A stretch of DNA of 64,000 nucleotides from Eledone cirrhosa (Eukaryota). The stretch lies in the NCBI GenBank assembly GCA_964016885.1, contig CAXHJY010001456.1, positions 1 to 64,000 of the forward strand, read 5' to 3'. Shown in pieces: positions 17,525 to 32,400 of this stretch (position 1 is the first letter of the stretch; each line of letters begins with the position of its first letter). Position numbers and translations under genes: made by a program. The notes under the pieces are model-generated. The model saw only the letters and a list, made by a program, of their open reading frames with translations, made no database searches and was not told where the DNA came from.

Positions 17525-18117
17525 ATACAAAAATATAAAAATATAAACGCACACACACATATAATTACGTAAACACACATATACATACATAGCTAAACAA
17601 TTATACACATGCAAATACGTATATATCAAAAGAACGCACAACCAAATACAAACACACACACATATATACACACACACACACCCACACACAAACCCACACA
17701 TACATAAAAATAAATAAAAACACACGCAACATATACATACATACACATACATATACACATATACATTTATACATATACATATATATATATATACACATAT
17801 ATATATAAATATATACATATATATATATATATACACACATACACGTACACATACACACATGCATACACATACACACACACATATACATGTGTGTATGTGT
17901 AAAGCTCAGTATTAGATAAGACAAATGAACCTTACATAAACGTATATATAGTAGTAAAGTAATAAAGCCATACAAGGCAATTAATCCATTCACCAGAGGT
18001 TTCTTAAAAGCAAAAAAAGTTTCCTTCAATCTACAGAATGAAAAAAGCCCTGGTTTATCCACATATACATACATATACACACACAAATATACAAATATAT
18101 ACACACATACAGACACG

Positions 18118-18201
<84 letters not shown>

Positions 18202-18303
18202 CACATATACATACACATATATACACACACATACATATACATACATACATACACATATATATACATACACAAACATATACGTACACATATACATATATAC
18301 ACA
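16684..18303. repeat. Mixed (CA)n/(TA)n/(TACA)n low-complexity tract
   Basis: Seen directly in the sequence. Confidence 0.9.
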
Positions 18304-18304
18304 G

Positions 18305-19864
18305 TTAGTTAAAAGAACTAACACTGCTCTCTCAGAACTCATATGGTCCTTAAAAGACAAAAACATTAAATATAACATCTTTTGGAAAAAGATTTATTCT
18401 GCATCCTCATACTTGAACAGCTCTCTATCTAAAATCTGTAATCTCTGCCTAAATGAAAAATTTACCATTATCTCTAACCTAGAATCCATAATAAATAGAC
18501 GCTCAGATTTGTTTTCTATCTGCCTGCATAAATTCCATAGAACTTTTCACAAAGTATACAGTTAATATTCAATTCTTTATCAATTTAGAATCTTTTCTCA
18601 AAGGCACATATACATACACCTCTTTAAAATATACCCATCTACCTTACTTTAAAGGGCATTATACACTCTATAATACTCGTTTACTCATTACCCTCATTCT
18701 ATCTTCTCGTAAAACAATAACATTTGTTTTTGACTTTTTGAATATTCATCCGCAATCATTATTATTTTTTCTCTCTATCATAAATCTTTTTAATCTCAAT
18801 TTCATCCTTAATTTATTATTATATTTTTTTTTAATATATACTCATATATTCTTTAAAATATACCCATCTACCTTACTTTAAAGGGCATTATACACTCTAT
18901 AATACTCGTTTACTCATTACCCTCATTCTATCTCCTCGTAAAACAATAACATTTGTTTTTGACATTTTGAGTATTCATCCGCAATCATTATTATTTTTTC
19001 TCTCTATCATAAATCCTTTTAATCTCAATTTCATCCTTAATTTATTATTACTTTTTTCTCCCCATCAACGAACTCATTATTAATACATATGAATTCAATA
19101 TACAAACTTTAACTTCACATTATTTTTCTCAAATCCTTCTACACATAAACTTTTTCTCTTTGCTAATTTTAAAATTCCTACATTTCTTCTTTTGACGTTA
19201 GAATATTCACCCACAATTATTATTTTTTTCTCTCTATCTTCATACATAATTTCCCTTCGTTAATTTTCAAATTCCTTTAATTTATACATTATCTTCCAAC
19301 GGTTCCCAACCTCTCTATATTAAAACATTATATCTTTTTCTCAGTTATAAAAACTATCTCTTTCTCTCTATCACCCATCTCTCCCTCTCCACCTTCACTC
19401 TCATCTCCTCCCCTTTTTTTCATCCTTTCCAACCCCCCCCCCTCCCTAAATATAATATATTTTTTCCTCGCACATATCCTCCCTTCGTTAATTTTCAAAA
19501 TTTTTAATTTATACAGTATCTTCCAACGGTTTTCAACCCCTCTATATAAAATATATCTCCTCTCAGTTATAAAAACTATCTCTTTCTCTCTATCACCCAT
19601 CTCTCCCTCTCATCTCCTTCCCTTTTCATCCTTTTCTCCCCCCCCCCTCTCTAAATAAAATATTTTTCCCAATATCACACATCAATCTAAAACCACTTTT
19701 CATATGTTGATTTAAAACTGCACTATCAACAAGTGTTTTTTTAGCCTTCATATCATGTTCTCCTGTTTTATCTGATGAAAACACAAATATTATTGTTTGA
19801 TGATGTTTGTTTTTGAAATGCGCATAATAAAATATATTGAACTCCTTTAACCATCTTTTGATCT

Positions 19865-19870
<6 letters not shown>
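18305..19870 (+). mobile_element. 3' fragment of PLE family G (end of endonuclease plus pLTR with internal duplications)
   Basis: [34 protein letters not shown] is nearly identical to the end of ORF 31250-32998. Confidence 0.92.
19766..19832 (+). ncRNA. Hammerhead ribozyme in the family G pLTR (other copies 30166-30232 -, 33514-33580 +, 57149-57215 -, 57321-57387 +)
   Basis: TTTTAT-CTGATGA-AAA..CAAATATTATT/GATGATGTTTG..TTT-GAA-ATGCGCAT-A-ATAAAA. Confidence 0.87.
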
Positions 19871-19946
<76 letters not shown>

Positions 19947-19950
<4 letters not shown>

Positions 19951-21074
19951 GACGTAAAATAAGAACATTTTTTAAAAAAATTAAAAAAAATCACTGATTT
20001 GTCGAGCAAACCTGCCAAAACCACTTCTAAAATTTTTTTTTGAGGTGTAAGTAGGCGTCTGTCATCTTACCATCCCATTCCTACTGACTAGCCTCTGTGT
20101 CACGTGATTGATTCTTTAGAATCGGCCAGATGACCAGTAGCAGTGAGAATTTTCAGTACCTGGAATCCAGTCCTCGATAGCTGTTCCATTTACCGAATTA
20201 TTATTATTTTTATGAGTCCCCAGTGTCCGCGCATTGCCTGGAGACTTGGCTGAGAATGATCTCCCTGAGGACGCAATGAAATTCTCAACAGTTCATTACG
20301 TAACTGTCTTTATCCCATTGCAGAAACTAATTAGTTGGAGTGAAAATTTAAGTAAGTAAGTTAATTTTTTTTTTTTTTTTTTTTAATTTTCTTATTTTAC
20401 GTCTTTTATATTATTGTTCTGCATCCTCCTGCATTGAACCACCTAGGTACTATGACATAACCTGTGTATTTGCTGGCATTAGCGTACATCTGTGCGCTTA
20501 TGTTAGTAGATATATTAAATTATCTATATTTATCTCCAAATCACTGATTTGTCGAGCAAACCTGCCAAAACCACTTCTAAAATTTTTTTTTTTTTGAGGT
20601 GTAAGTAGGCGTCTGTCATCTTACCATCCCATTCCTACTGACTAGCCTCTGTGTCACGTTTGATTCTTTAGAATCGGCCAGATGACCAGTAGCAGTGAGA
20701 ATTTTCAGTACCTGGAATCCACTCCTCGATAGCTGTTCCATTTACCGAATTATTATTATTTTTATGAGTCTCCAGTGTCCGCGCATTGCCTGGAGACTTG
20801 GCTGAGAATGATCTCCCTGATGACGCAATGAAATTCTCAACAGTTCATTACGTAACTGTCTTTATCCCATTGCAGAAACTAATTAGTTGGAGTGAAAATT
20901 TAAGTAAGTTAATTTTTTTTTTTTTTTTTTTTTTTTAATTTTCTTATTTTACGTCTTTTATATTATTGTTCTGCATCTTCCTGCATTGAACCACCTAGGT
21001 ACTATGACATAACCTGTGTATTTGCTGGTATTAGCGTACATCTGTTTGCTTATGTTAGTAGATATATTAAATTA

Positions 21075-21078
<4 letters not shown>
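19947..21078 (+). mobile_element. Tandem dimer of a ~552-bp retrozyme-like unit with a short inverted fragment at the left end
   Basis: 'aatcactgatttgtcgagc' occurs at ~19989 and ~20539. The leading 'aagacgtaaaataagaa' is the reverse complement of ~20390-20406. One HHR per unit. Confidence 0.8.
20261..20340 (+). ncRNA. Hammerhead with expanded stem II (second copy 20813-20892)
   Basis: CTCC-CTGA(G/T)GA-cGCAATG[37 nt including ACAGTT/AACTGT]CATTGCa-GAA-ACTAATTAGT-T-GGAG. Confidence 0.78.
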
Positions 21079-21143
<65 letters not shown>

Positions 21144-21170
21144 ATATATATCTATATATATATATATATA

Positions 21171-24100
21171 TTGGAATAAATGCTCTGAAATAGCGATATA
21201 TATGTGAGTATAGACATAGAATATTCGAAAATATTCTGTATGTTTATAATAAACATTTTGAAGACCTAATCGCTATAGAATAGAATACGTCACGTATTAC
21301 AATTAGATTCTCGATAAAAGCAAGGGAAGTAATCCACGCGTTTCATTCTTGTTAGAATTCATCAGGACTACATATCCAGTGCTTTTATCGAGAATGACAC
21401 AGCTAGAGACTTATAGAATACTTAGCTGTGTACTGGAACTGGTTTGAAAGAGCGGTTGCCGGTCCGGCAGAAATTAGAAATTGGAATAAATGCTCTGAAA
21501 TAGCGATATATATGTGAGTATAGACATAGAATATTCGAAAATATTCTGTATGTTTATAATAAACATTTTGAAGACCTAATCGCTATAGAATAGAATACGT
21601 CACGTATTACAATTAGATTCTCGATAAAAGCAAGGGAAGTAATCCACGCGTTTCATTCTTGTTAGAATTCATCAGGACTACATATCCAGTGCTTTTATCG
21701 AGAATGACACAGCTAGAGACTTATAGAATACTTAGCTGTGTACTGGAACTGGTTTGAAAGAGCGGTTGCCGGTCCGGTTCTGCCGGACCGGCAACCGCTC
21801 TTTCAAACCAGTTCCAGTACACAGCTAAGTATTCTATAAGTCTCTAGCTGTGTCATTCTCGATAAAAGCACTGGATATGTAGTCCTGATGAATTCTAACA
21901 AGAATGAAACGCGTGGATTACTTCCCTTGCTTTTATCGAGAATCTAATTGTAATACGTGACGTATTCTATTCTATAGCGATTAGGTCTTCAAAATGTTTA
22001 TTATAAACATACAGAATATTTTCGAATATTCTATGTCTATACTCACATATATATCGCTATTTCAGAGCATTTATTCCAATTTCTAATTTCTGCCGGACCG
22101 GCAACCGCTCTTTCAAACCAGTTCCAGTACACAGCTAAGTATTCTATAAGTCTCTAGCTGTGTCATTCTCGATAAAAGCACTGGATATGTAGTCCTGATG
22201 AATTCTAACAAGAATGAAACGCGTGGATTACTTCCCTTGCTTTTATCGAGAATCTAATTGTAATACGTGACGTATTCTATTCTATAGCGATTAGGTCTTC
22301 AAAATGTTTATTATAAACATACAGAATATTTTCGAATATTCTATGTCTATACTCACATATATATCGCTATTTCAGAGCATTTATTCCAATTTCTAATTTC
22401 TGCCGGACCGGCAACCGCTCTTTCAAACCAGTTCCAGTACACAGCTAAGTATTCTATAAGTCTCTAGCTGTGTCATTCTCGATAAAAGCACTGGATATGT
22501 AGTCCTGATGAATTCTAACAAGAATGAAACGCGTGGATTACTTCCCTTGCTTTTATCGAGAATCTAATTGTAATACGTGACGTATTCTATTCTATAGCGA
22601 TTAGGTCTTCAAAATGTTTATTATAAACATACAGAATATTTTCGAATATTCTATGTCTATACTCACATATATATCGCTATTTCAGAGCATTTATTCCAAT
22701 TTCTAATTTCTGCCGGACCGGCAACCGCTCTTTCAAACCAGTTCCAGTACACAGCTAAGTATTCTATAAGTCTCTAGCTGTGTCATTCTCGATAAAAGCA
22801 CTGGATATGTAGTCCTGATGAATTCTAACAAGAATGAAACGCGTGGATTACTTCCCTTGCTTTTATCGAGAATCTAATTGTAATACGTGACGTATTCTAT
22901 TCTATAGCGATTAGGTCTTCAAAATGTTTATTATAAACATACAGAATATTTTCGAATATTCTATGTCTATACTCACATATATATCGCTATTTCAGAGCAT
23001 TTATTCCAATTTCTAATTTCTGCCGGACCGGCAACCGCTCTTTCAAACCAGTTCCAGTACACAGCTAAGTATTCTATAAGTCTCTAGCTGTGTCATTCTC
23101 GATAAAAGCACTGGATATGTAGTCCTGATGAATTCTAACAAGAATGAAACGCGTGGATTACTTCCCTTGCTTTTATCGAGAATCTAATTGTAATACGTGA
23201 CGTATTCTATTCTATAGCGATTAGGTCTTCAAAATGTTTATTATAAACATACAGAATATTTTCGAATATTCTATGTCTATACTCACATATATATCGCTAT
23301 TTCAGAGCATTTATTCCAATTTCTAATTTCTGCCGGACCGGCAACCGCTCTTTCAAACCAGTTCCAGTACACAGCTAAGTATTCTATAAGTCTCTAGCTG
23401 TGTCATTCTCGATAAAAGCACTGGATATGTAGTCCTGATGAATTCTAACAAGAATGAAACGCGTGGATTACTTCCCTTGCTTTTATCGAGAATCTAATTG
23501 TAATACGTGACGTATTCTATTCTATAGCGATTAGGTCTTCAAAATGTTTATTATAAACATACAGAATATTTTCGAATATTCTATGTCTATACTCACATAT
23601 ATATCGCTATTTCAGAGCATTTATTCCAATTTCTAATTTCTGCCGGACCGGCAACCGCTCTTTCAAACCAGTTCCAGTACACAGCTAAGTATTCTATAAG
23701 TCTCTAGCTGTGTCATTCTCGATAAAAGCACTGGATATGTAGTCCTGATGAATTCTAACAAGAATGAAACGCGTGGATTACTTCCCTTGCTTTTATCGAG
23801 AATCTAATTGTAATACGTGACGTATTCTATTCTATAGCGATTAGGTCTTCAAAATGTTTATTATAAACATACAGAATATTTTCGAATATTCTATGTCTAT
23901 ACTCACATATATATCGCTATTTCAGAGCATTTATTCCAATTTCTAATTTCTGCCGGACCGGCAACCGCTCTTTCAAACCAGTTCCAGTACACAGCTAAGT
24001 ATTCTATAAGTCTCTAGCTGTGTCATTCTCGATAAAAGCACTGGATATGTAGTCCTGATGAATTCTAACAAGAATGAAACGCGTGGATTACTTCCCTTGC

Positions 24101-27100
24101 TTTTATCGAGAATCTAATTGTAATACGTGACGTATTCTATTCTATAGCGATTAGGTCTTCAAAATGTTTATTATAAACATACAGAATATTTTCGAATATT
24201 CTATGTCTATACTCACATATATATCGCTATTTCAGAGCATTTATTCCAATTTCTAATTTCTGCCGGACCGGCAACCGCTCTTTCAAACCAGTTCCAGTAC
24301 ACAGCTAAGTATTCTATAAGTCTCTAGCTGTGTCATTCTCGATAAAAGCACTGGATATGTAGTCCTGATGAATTCTAACAAGAATGAAACGCGTGGATTA
24401 CTTCCCTTGCTTTTATCGAGAATCTAATTGTAATACGTGACGTATTCTATTCTATAGCGATTAGGTCTTCAAAATGTTTATTATAAACATACAGAATATT
24501 TTCGAATATTCTATGTCTATACTCACATATATATCGCTATTTCAGAGCATTTATTCCAATTTCTAATTTCTGCCGGACCGGCAACCGCTCTTTCAAACCA
24601 GTTCCAGTACACAGCTAAGTATTCTATAAGTCTCTAGCTGTGTCATTCTCGATAAAAGCACTGGATATGTAGTCCTGATGAATTCTAACAAGAATGAAAC
24701 GCGTGGATTACTTCCCTTGCTTTTATCGAGAATCTAATTGTAATACGTGACGTATTCTATTCTATAGCGATTAGGTCTTCAAAATGTTTATTATAAACAT
24801 ACAGAATATTTTCGAATATTCTATGTCTATACTCACATATATATCGCTATTTCAGAGCATTTATTCCAATTTCTAATTTCTGCCGGACCGGCAACCGCTC
24901 TTTCAAACCAGTTCCAGTACACAGCTAAGTATTCTATAAGTCTCTAGCTGTGTCATTCTCGATAAAAGCACTGGATATGTAGTCCTGATGAATTCTAACA
25001 AGAATGAAACGCGTGGATTACTTCCCTTGCTTTTATCGAGAATCTAATTGTAATACGTGACGTATTCTATTCTATAGCGATTAGGTCTTCAAAATGTTTA
25101 TTATAAACATACAGAATATTTTCGAATATTCTATGTCTATACTCACATATATATCGCTATTTCAGAGCATTTATTCCAATTTCTAATTTCTGCCGGACCG
25201 GCAACCGCTCTTTCAAACCAGTTCCAGTACACAGCTAAGTATTCTATAAGTCTCTAGCTGTGTCATTCTCGATAAAAGCACTGGATATGTAGTCCTGATG
25301 AATTCTAACAAGAATGAAACGCGTGGATTACTTCCCTTGCTTTTATCGAGAATCTAATTGTAATACGTGACGTATTCTATTCTATAGCGATTAGGTCTTC
25401 AAAATGTTTATTATAAACATACAGAATATTTTCGAATATTCTATGTCTATACTCACATATATATCGCTATTTCAGAGCATTTATTCCAATTTCTAATTTC
25501 TGCCGGACCGGCAACCGCTCTTTCAAACCAGTTCCAGTACACAGCTAAGTATTCTATAAGTCTCTAGCTGTGTCATTCTCGATAAAAGCACTGGATATGT
25601 AGTCCTGATGAATTCTAACAAGAATGAAACGCGTGGATTACTTCCCTTGCTTTTATCGAGAATCTAATTGTAATACGTGACGTATTCTATTCTATAGCGA
25701 TTAGGTCTTCAAAATGTTTATTATAAACATACAGAATATTTTCGAATATTCTATGTCTATACTCACATATATATCGCTATTTCAGAGCATTTATTCCAAT
25801 TTCTAATTTCTGCCGGACCGGCAACCGCTCTTTCAAACCAGTTCCAGTACACAGCTAAGTATTCTATAAGTCTCTAGCTGTGTCATTCTCGATAAAAGCA
25901 CTGGATATGTAGTCCTGATGAATTCTAACAAGAATGAAACGCGTGGATTACTTCCCTTGCTTTTATCGAGAATCTAATTGTAATACGTGACGTATTCTAT
26001 TCTATAGCGATTAGGTCTTCAAAATGTTTATTATAAACATACAGAATATTTTCGAATATTCTATGTCTATACTCACATATATATCGCTATTTCAGAGCAT
26101 TTATTCCAATTTCTAATTTCTGCCGGACCGGCAACCGCTCTTTCAAACCAGTTCCAGTACACAGCTAAGTATTCTATAAGTCTCTAGCTGTGTCATTCTC
26201 GATAAAAGCACTGGATATGTAGTCCTGATGAATTCTAACAAGAATGAAACGCGTGGATTACTTCCCTTGCTTTTATCGAGAATCTAATTGTAATACGTGA
26301 CGTATTCTATTCTATAGCGATTAGGTCTTCAAAATGTTTATTATAAACATACAGAATATTTTCGAATATTCTATGTCTATACTCACATATATATCGCTAT
26401 TTCAGAGCATTTATTCCAATTTCTAATTTCTGCCGGACCGGCAACCGCTCTTTCAAACCAGTTCCAGTACACAGCTAAGTATTCTATAAGTCTCTAGCTG
26501 TGTCATTCTCGATAAAAGCACTGGATATGTAGTCCTGATGAATTCTAACAAGAATGAAACGCGTGGATTACTTCCCTTGCTTTTATCGAGAATCTAATTG
26601 TAATACGTGACGTATTCTATTCTATAGCGATTAGGTCTTCAAAATGTTTATTATAAACATACAGAATATTTTCGAATATTCTATGTCTATACTCACATAT
26701 ATATCGCTATTTCAGAGCATTTATTCCAATTTCTAATTTCTGCCGGACCGGCAACCGCTCTTTCAAACCAGTTCCAGTACACAGCTAAGTATTCTATAAG
26801 TCTCTAGCTGTGTCATTCTCGATAAAAGCACTGGATATGTAGTCCTGATGAATTCTAACAAGAATGAAACGCGTGGATTACTTCCCTTGCTTTTATCGAG
26901 AATCTAATTGTAATACGTGACGTATTCTATTCTATAGCGATTAGGTCTTCAAAATGTTTATTATAAACATACAGAATATTTTCGAATATTCTATGTCTAT
27001 ACTCACATATATATCGCTATTTCAGAGCATTTATTCCAATTTCTAATTTCTGCCGGACCGGCAACCGCTCTTTCAAACCAGTTCCAGTACACAGCTAAGT

Positions 27101-27307
27101 ATTCTATAAGTCTCTAGCTGTGTCATTCTCGATAAAAGCACTGGATATGTAGTCCTGATGAATTCTAACAAGAATGAAACGCGTGGATTACTTCCCTTGC
27201 TTTTATCGAGAATCTAATTGTAATACGTGACGTATTCTATTCTATAGCGATTAGGTCTTCAAAATGTTTATTATAAACATACAGAATATTTTCGAATATT
27301 CTATGTC

Positions 27308-27311
<4 letters not shown>
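21171..27311. mobile_element. Retrozyme-like array of a 310-bp unit: ~2 copies on - (21171-21777), then ~17.8 copies on + (21778-27311)
   Basis: 'tgccggaccg' recurs at 21781+310k for k=0-17. I noticed no differences between copies. One HHR motif per unit. Flanked by (TA)n. Confidence 0.93.
21855..21943 (+). ncRNA. Hammerhead motif of the 310-bp unit (20 copies), GUG triplet, extended stem I
   Basis: ATTCTCGATAAAAGCA..GTAGTC-CTGATGA-ATTCT/aaca/AGAAT-GAA-ACGCGT-G-GATTAC..TGCTTTTATCGAGAAT, with a perfect 16-bp outer helix. Confidence 0.82.
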
Positions 27312-27342
<31 letters not shown>

Positions 27343-27345
27343 ATT

Positions 27346-28768
<1,423 letters not shown>

Positions 28769-28794
28769 TATATATATATAAATAAATAAATATA

Positions 28795-29117
28795 TAGACG
28801 GACTGAACAAAAAAAATGGCGTAGACATACAACACAACAGGAGGAACAATGAATATAACACCACTGACGATGTTGCAGATGTGCAACGAAAGATTTATGT
28901 AAACTATATATATACGTGTTTGTCTATATTGTATCTGTATTATTTTATTTTTGACCGCCGGTCAGTCAATGGCAACATTGAGGACCGAGTAAGTTAGATC
29001 GCAGATATATATATATAAAAGACAGCGAGAAGCGAAAACCAACCAAACAGTGAGTGTGTTCTGTTATTAATTCTGGCAATATTACGCAAATATGACCCTC
29101 CCCAAATATAACAATAT
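28795..29117 (+). mobile_element. Solo partial pLTR of PLE family K with hammerhead at 28860-28900
   Basis: Reverse complement of ~45757-46075. HHR reads CA-CTGACGA-T-GTTGCA/gatg/TGCAAC-GAA-AGATTT-A-TG. Confidence 0.88.
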
Positions 29118-29125
29118 AAATATAT

Positions 29126-29293
<168 letters not shown>

Positions 29294-29294
29294 T

Positions 29295-29415
<121 letters not shown>

Positions 29416-29473
29416 AATATATATATACATATATATATTTATATATATATATATCTATATATATATATATTTA

Positions 29474-32400
29474 TCAGACAAATCAGATTCTATAATAAAT
29501 AGACGTACAGATTTGTTTTCTAACTGCCTGCATAAATTCCATAGGACTTTTCACAAAGTATACAGCTAATATTCAATTCTTTATCAATTTAGAATCTTTT
29601 CTCAAAGGCACATATACATACACCTCTTTAAAATATACCCATCTTCCTACCTTACTTCAAAAGGCATTATACACTCTATAATACTTGTTTACTCATTACC
29701 CTCATTCTATCTTCACCTTGTAAAATCCTTCATAACATATACATTTGTTTTTTTGACGTTAGAATATTCATCCGCAATTATTATTATTTTTTCTCTCTAT
29801 CATAAAACTTTTTAATCTCAATTTCATCCTTAATTTATTATTTTTTTCTCCCCATCAACGAACTCATTCTTAATACATATTAACTCTTTCTTCGCACATA
29901 TTATCAATTCCTTCAATATACAAACTTTAACTTCACATTATTTTTCTCAAATCCTTCTACACACAAACCTTAATAATTTTTTCTCTTCGTTAATTTTGAA
30001 ATTGCAACAATACTTATCAACATACACCTTTTTGACGTTAGAATATTCATCCGCAATTATTATTTTTTTCTCTCTATCTTCATACATAAACTCCCTCTCT
30101 TTCCTCGTACATATTTATATGGAACTCCTTTAACCATCAAAAGATGGTTAAAGGAGTTCCATATATTTTATTATGCGCATTTCAAAAACAAACATCATCA
30201 TGCAATAATATTTGTGTTTTCATCAGATAAAACAGGAGAACATGATATGAAGGCTAAAAAACACTTGTGGATAGTGCAGTTTTAAATCAACATATGAAAA
30301 GTGGTTTTAGATTGATGTGTGATATTGGGAAAAATATTTTATTTAGAGAGGGGGGGGGGGGAAGGATGAAAAGGGAAGGAGATGAGAGGGAGAGATGGGT
30401 GATAGAGAGAAAGAGATAGTTTTTATAACTGAGAGAAGATATATTGTTTTACATAGAGAGGTTGAAAACCGTTGGAAGATAATGTATAAATTAAAAGAAT
30501 TTTAAAATTAACGAAGGGAAAAATATGTACGAGGATAAAATATTTTATTTAGGGAGAGGGGGGGGGGGGTGGAAAGGATGAAAAAAGGGGAGGAGATGAG
30601 AGTGAAGGTGGAGAGGGAGAGATGGGTGATAGAGAGAAAGAGATAGTTTTTATAACTGAGAAAAGATATATTGTTTTACGTAGAGAGGTTGAGAACCGTT
30701 GGAAGATAATGTATAAATTAAAAGAATTTGAAAATTAACGAAGGGAAATTATGTATGAAGATAGAGAGAAAAAAATAATAATTGTAGATGAATATTCTAA
30801 CGTCAAAAAAAGAAATGTATGTATTGTGGCAATTTCAAAATTAACGAAGAGAAAAATTATTAAGGTTTGTGTGTAGAAGGATTTGAGAAAAATAATGTGA
30901 AGTTAAAGTTTGTATATTGATTGAATTGATAATATATGCGAATAAAGAGTTAATATGTATTAATAATGAGTTCGTTGATGGGGAGAAAAAAATAATAATA
31001 AATTAAGGATGAAATTGAGATTAAAAAGATTTATGATAGAGAGAAAAAATAATAATGATTGCGGATGAATATTCTAACGTCAAAACAAATGTTATGATTT
31101 TACAAGGAGAAGATAGAATGAGGGTAATGAGTAAACAAGTATTATAGAGTGTATAATGCCCTTTAAAGTAAGGTAGATGGGTATATTTTAAAGAGGTGTA
31201 TGTATATGTGCTTTTGAGAAAAGATTCTAAATTGATAAAGAATTGAATATTAACTGTATACTTTGTGAAAAGTTCTATGGAATTTATGCAGGCAGATAGA
31301 AAACAAATCTGTGCGTCTATTTATTATAGAATCTAGGTTAGAGATAATGGTAAATTTTTCATTTAGGCAGAGATTACAGATTTTAGATAGAGAGCTGTTC
31401 AAGTATGAGGATGCAGAAGAAATCTTCTTCCAAAAGATGGTATATTTAATGTTTTTGTCTTTTAAGGACCATATGAGTTCTGAGAGAGCAGTGTTAGTTC
31501 TTTTAAGTTTGTATTTGAAAGATGAATGATGATTATAGAGACGAGCTTTAAAAGAGGTGGAAGTGGAGCCAAAATAGGTGAAGGAATTGGTGCTAGTTAT
31601 AATTTTACATTCATAAATTAAGTTTTTATCGAGACAATGGTTGTTGAGAGGACATTTATTTTTAATGCGGCAGTTGCAATTAGAGAGATTATTAATGAGT
31701 GATCTAGTGTTATCTATAGAAGGAATTGGATTGGAGAAGTTGTTTGCGATAGGAATAATAGGAATAATAGTTTCTTGATTTAGAGTTGGATTATGAACAT
31801 TTAGCGAAGTCGTGTTTGACGTTGTATTTGGGTTTACAGAAGTTAGCCTAGGGTTTACAATGACGTCGGGAGTACTATTACTGTTATTATGAAATTCAAT
31901 ATTGGAAGGAAGATATTTAGTATTTAGTATTTTATTGTTGTGTTTAGAGATGATGTTGGAAATATTGGAGGATGTAGAATACGAAAATTTGATGGTGTGT
32001 TTGTTAAATATTTTACTATAGATATGTGAGGGAGGGAAGCATTTATTTAAGGCACTAAAAAATAGTTTAGGAATATTGTTATTAATAGAGATGGAGAAAG
32101 GAGCATTATACCAGATTATGTTTTTGTATCTAGGTCTTTTATTAAAATTATTGGAATGGTCATGATTAATTATTCTACTGTAAGTTTTTCTAGAATTTGT
32201 TTCTTTATTATATTTGATTTTATCTGGATAGCCGGCTTTAGAAAGTGCGTTATTATAGTAATTGGCGTTAGCATCAAAGATGTTTTTATTAGAAGATATG
32301 TTAGATATTCTATTTCCAATATTATTAACTATAGCATTCTTGATATTGGTAGGATGGTTAGATTTAAAGTTAACATAATTAAGGTTCTCATTGTTTTTAT

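Noticed and set aside
20252-20286. Type III hammerhead reading via GAGAAT/ATTCTC
   Set aside because: Stems I and II do not form in that register. The type I fold using the GAAA at 20323 fits all three stems.
21171-27311. CRISPR-like array
   Set aside because: Whole units are identical, with no unique spacers and no cas genes, and the context is eukaryotic.
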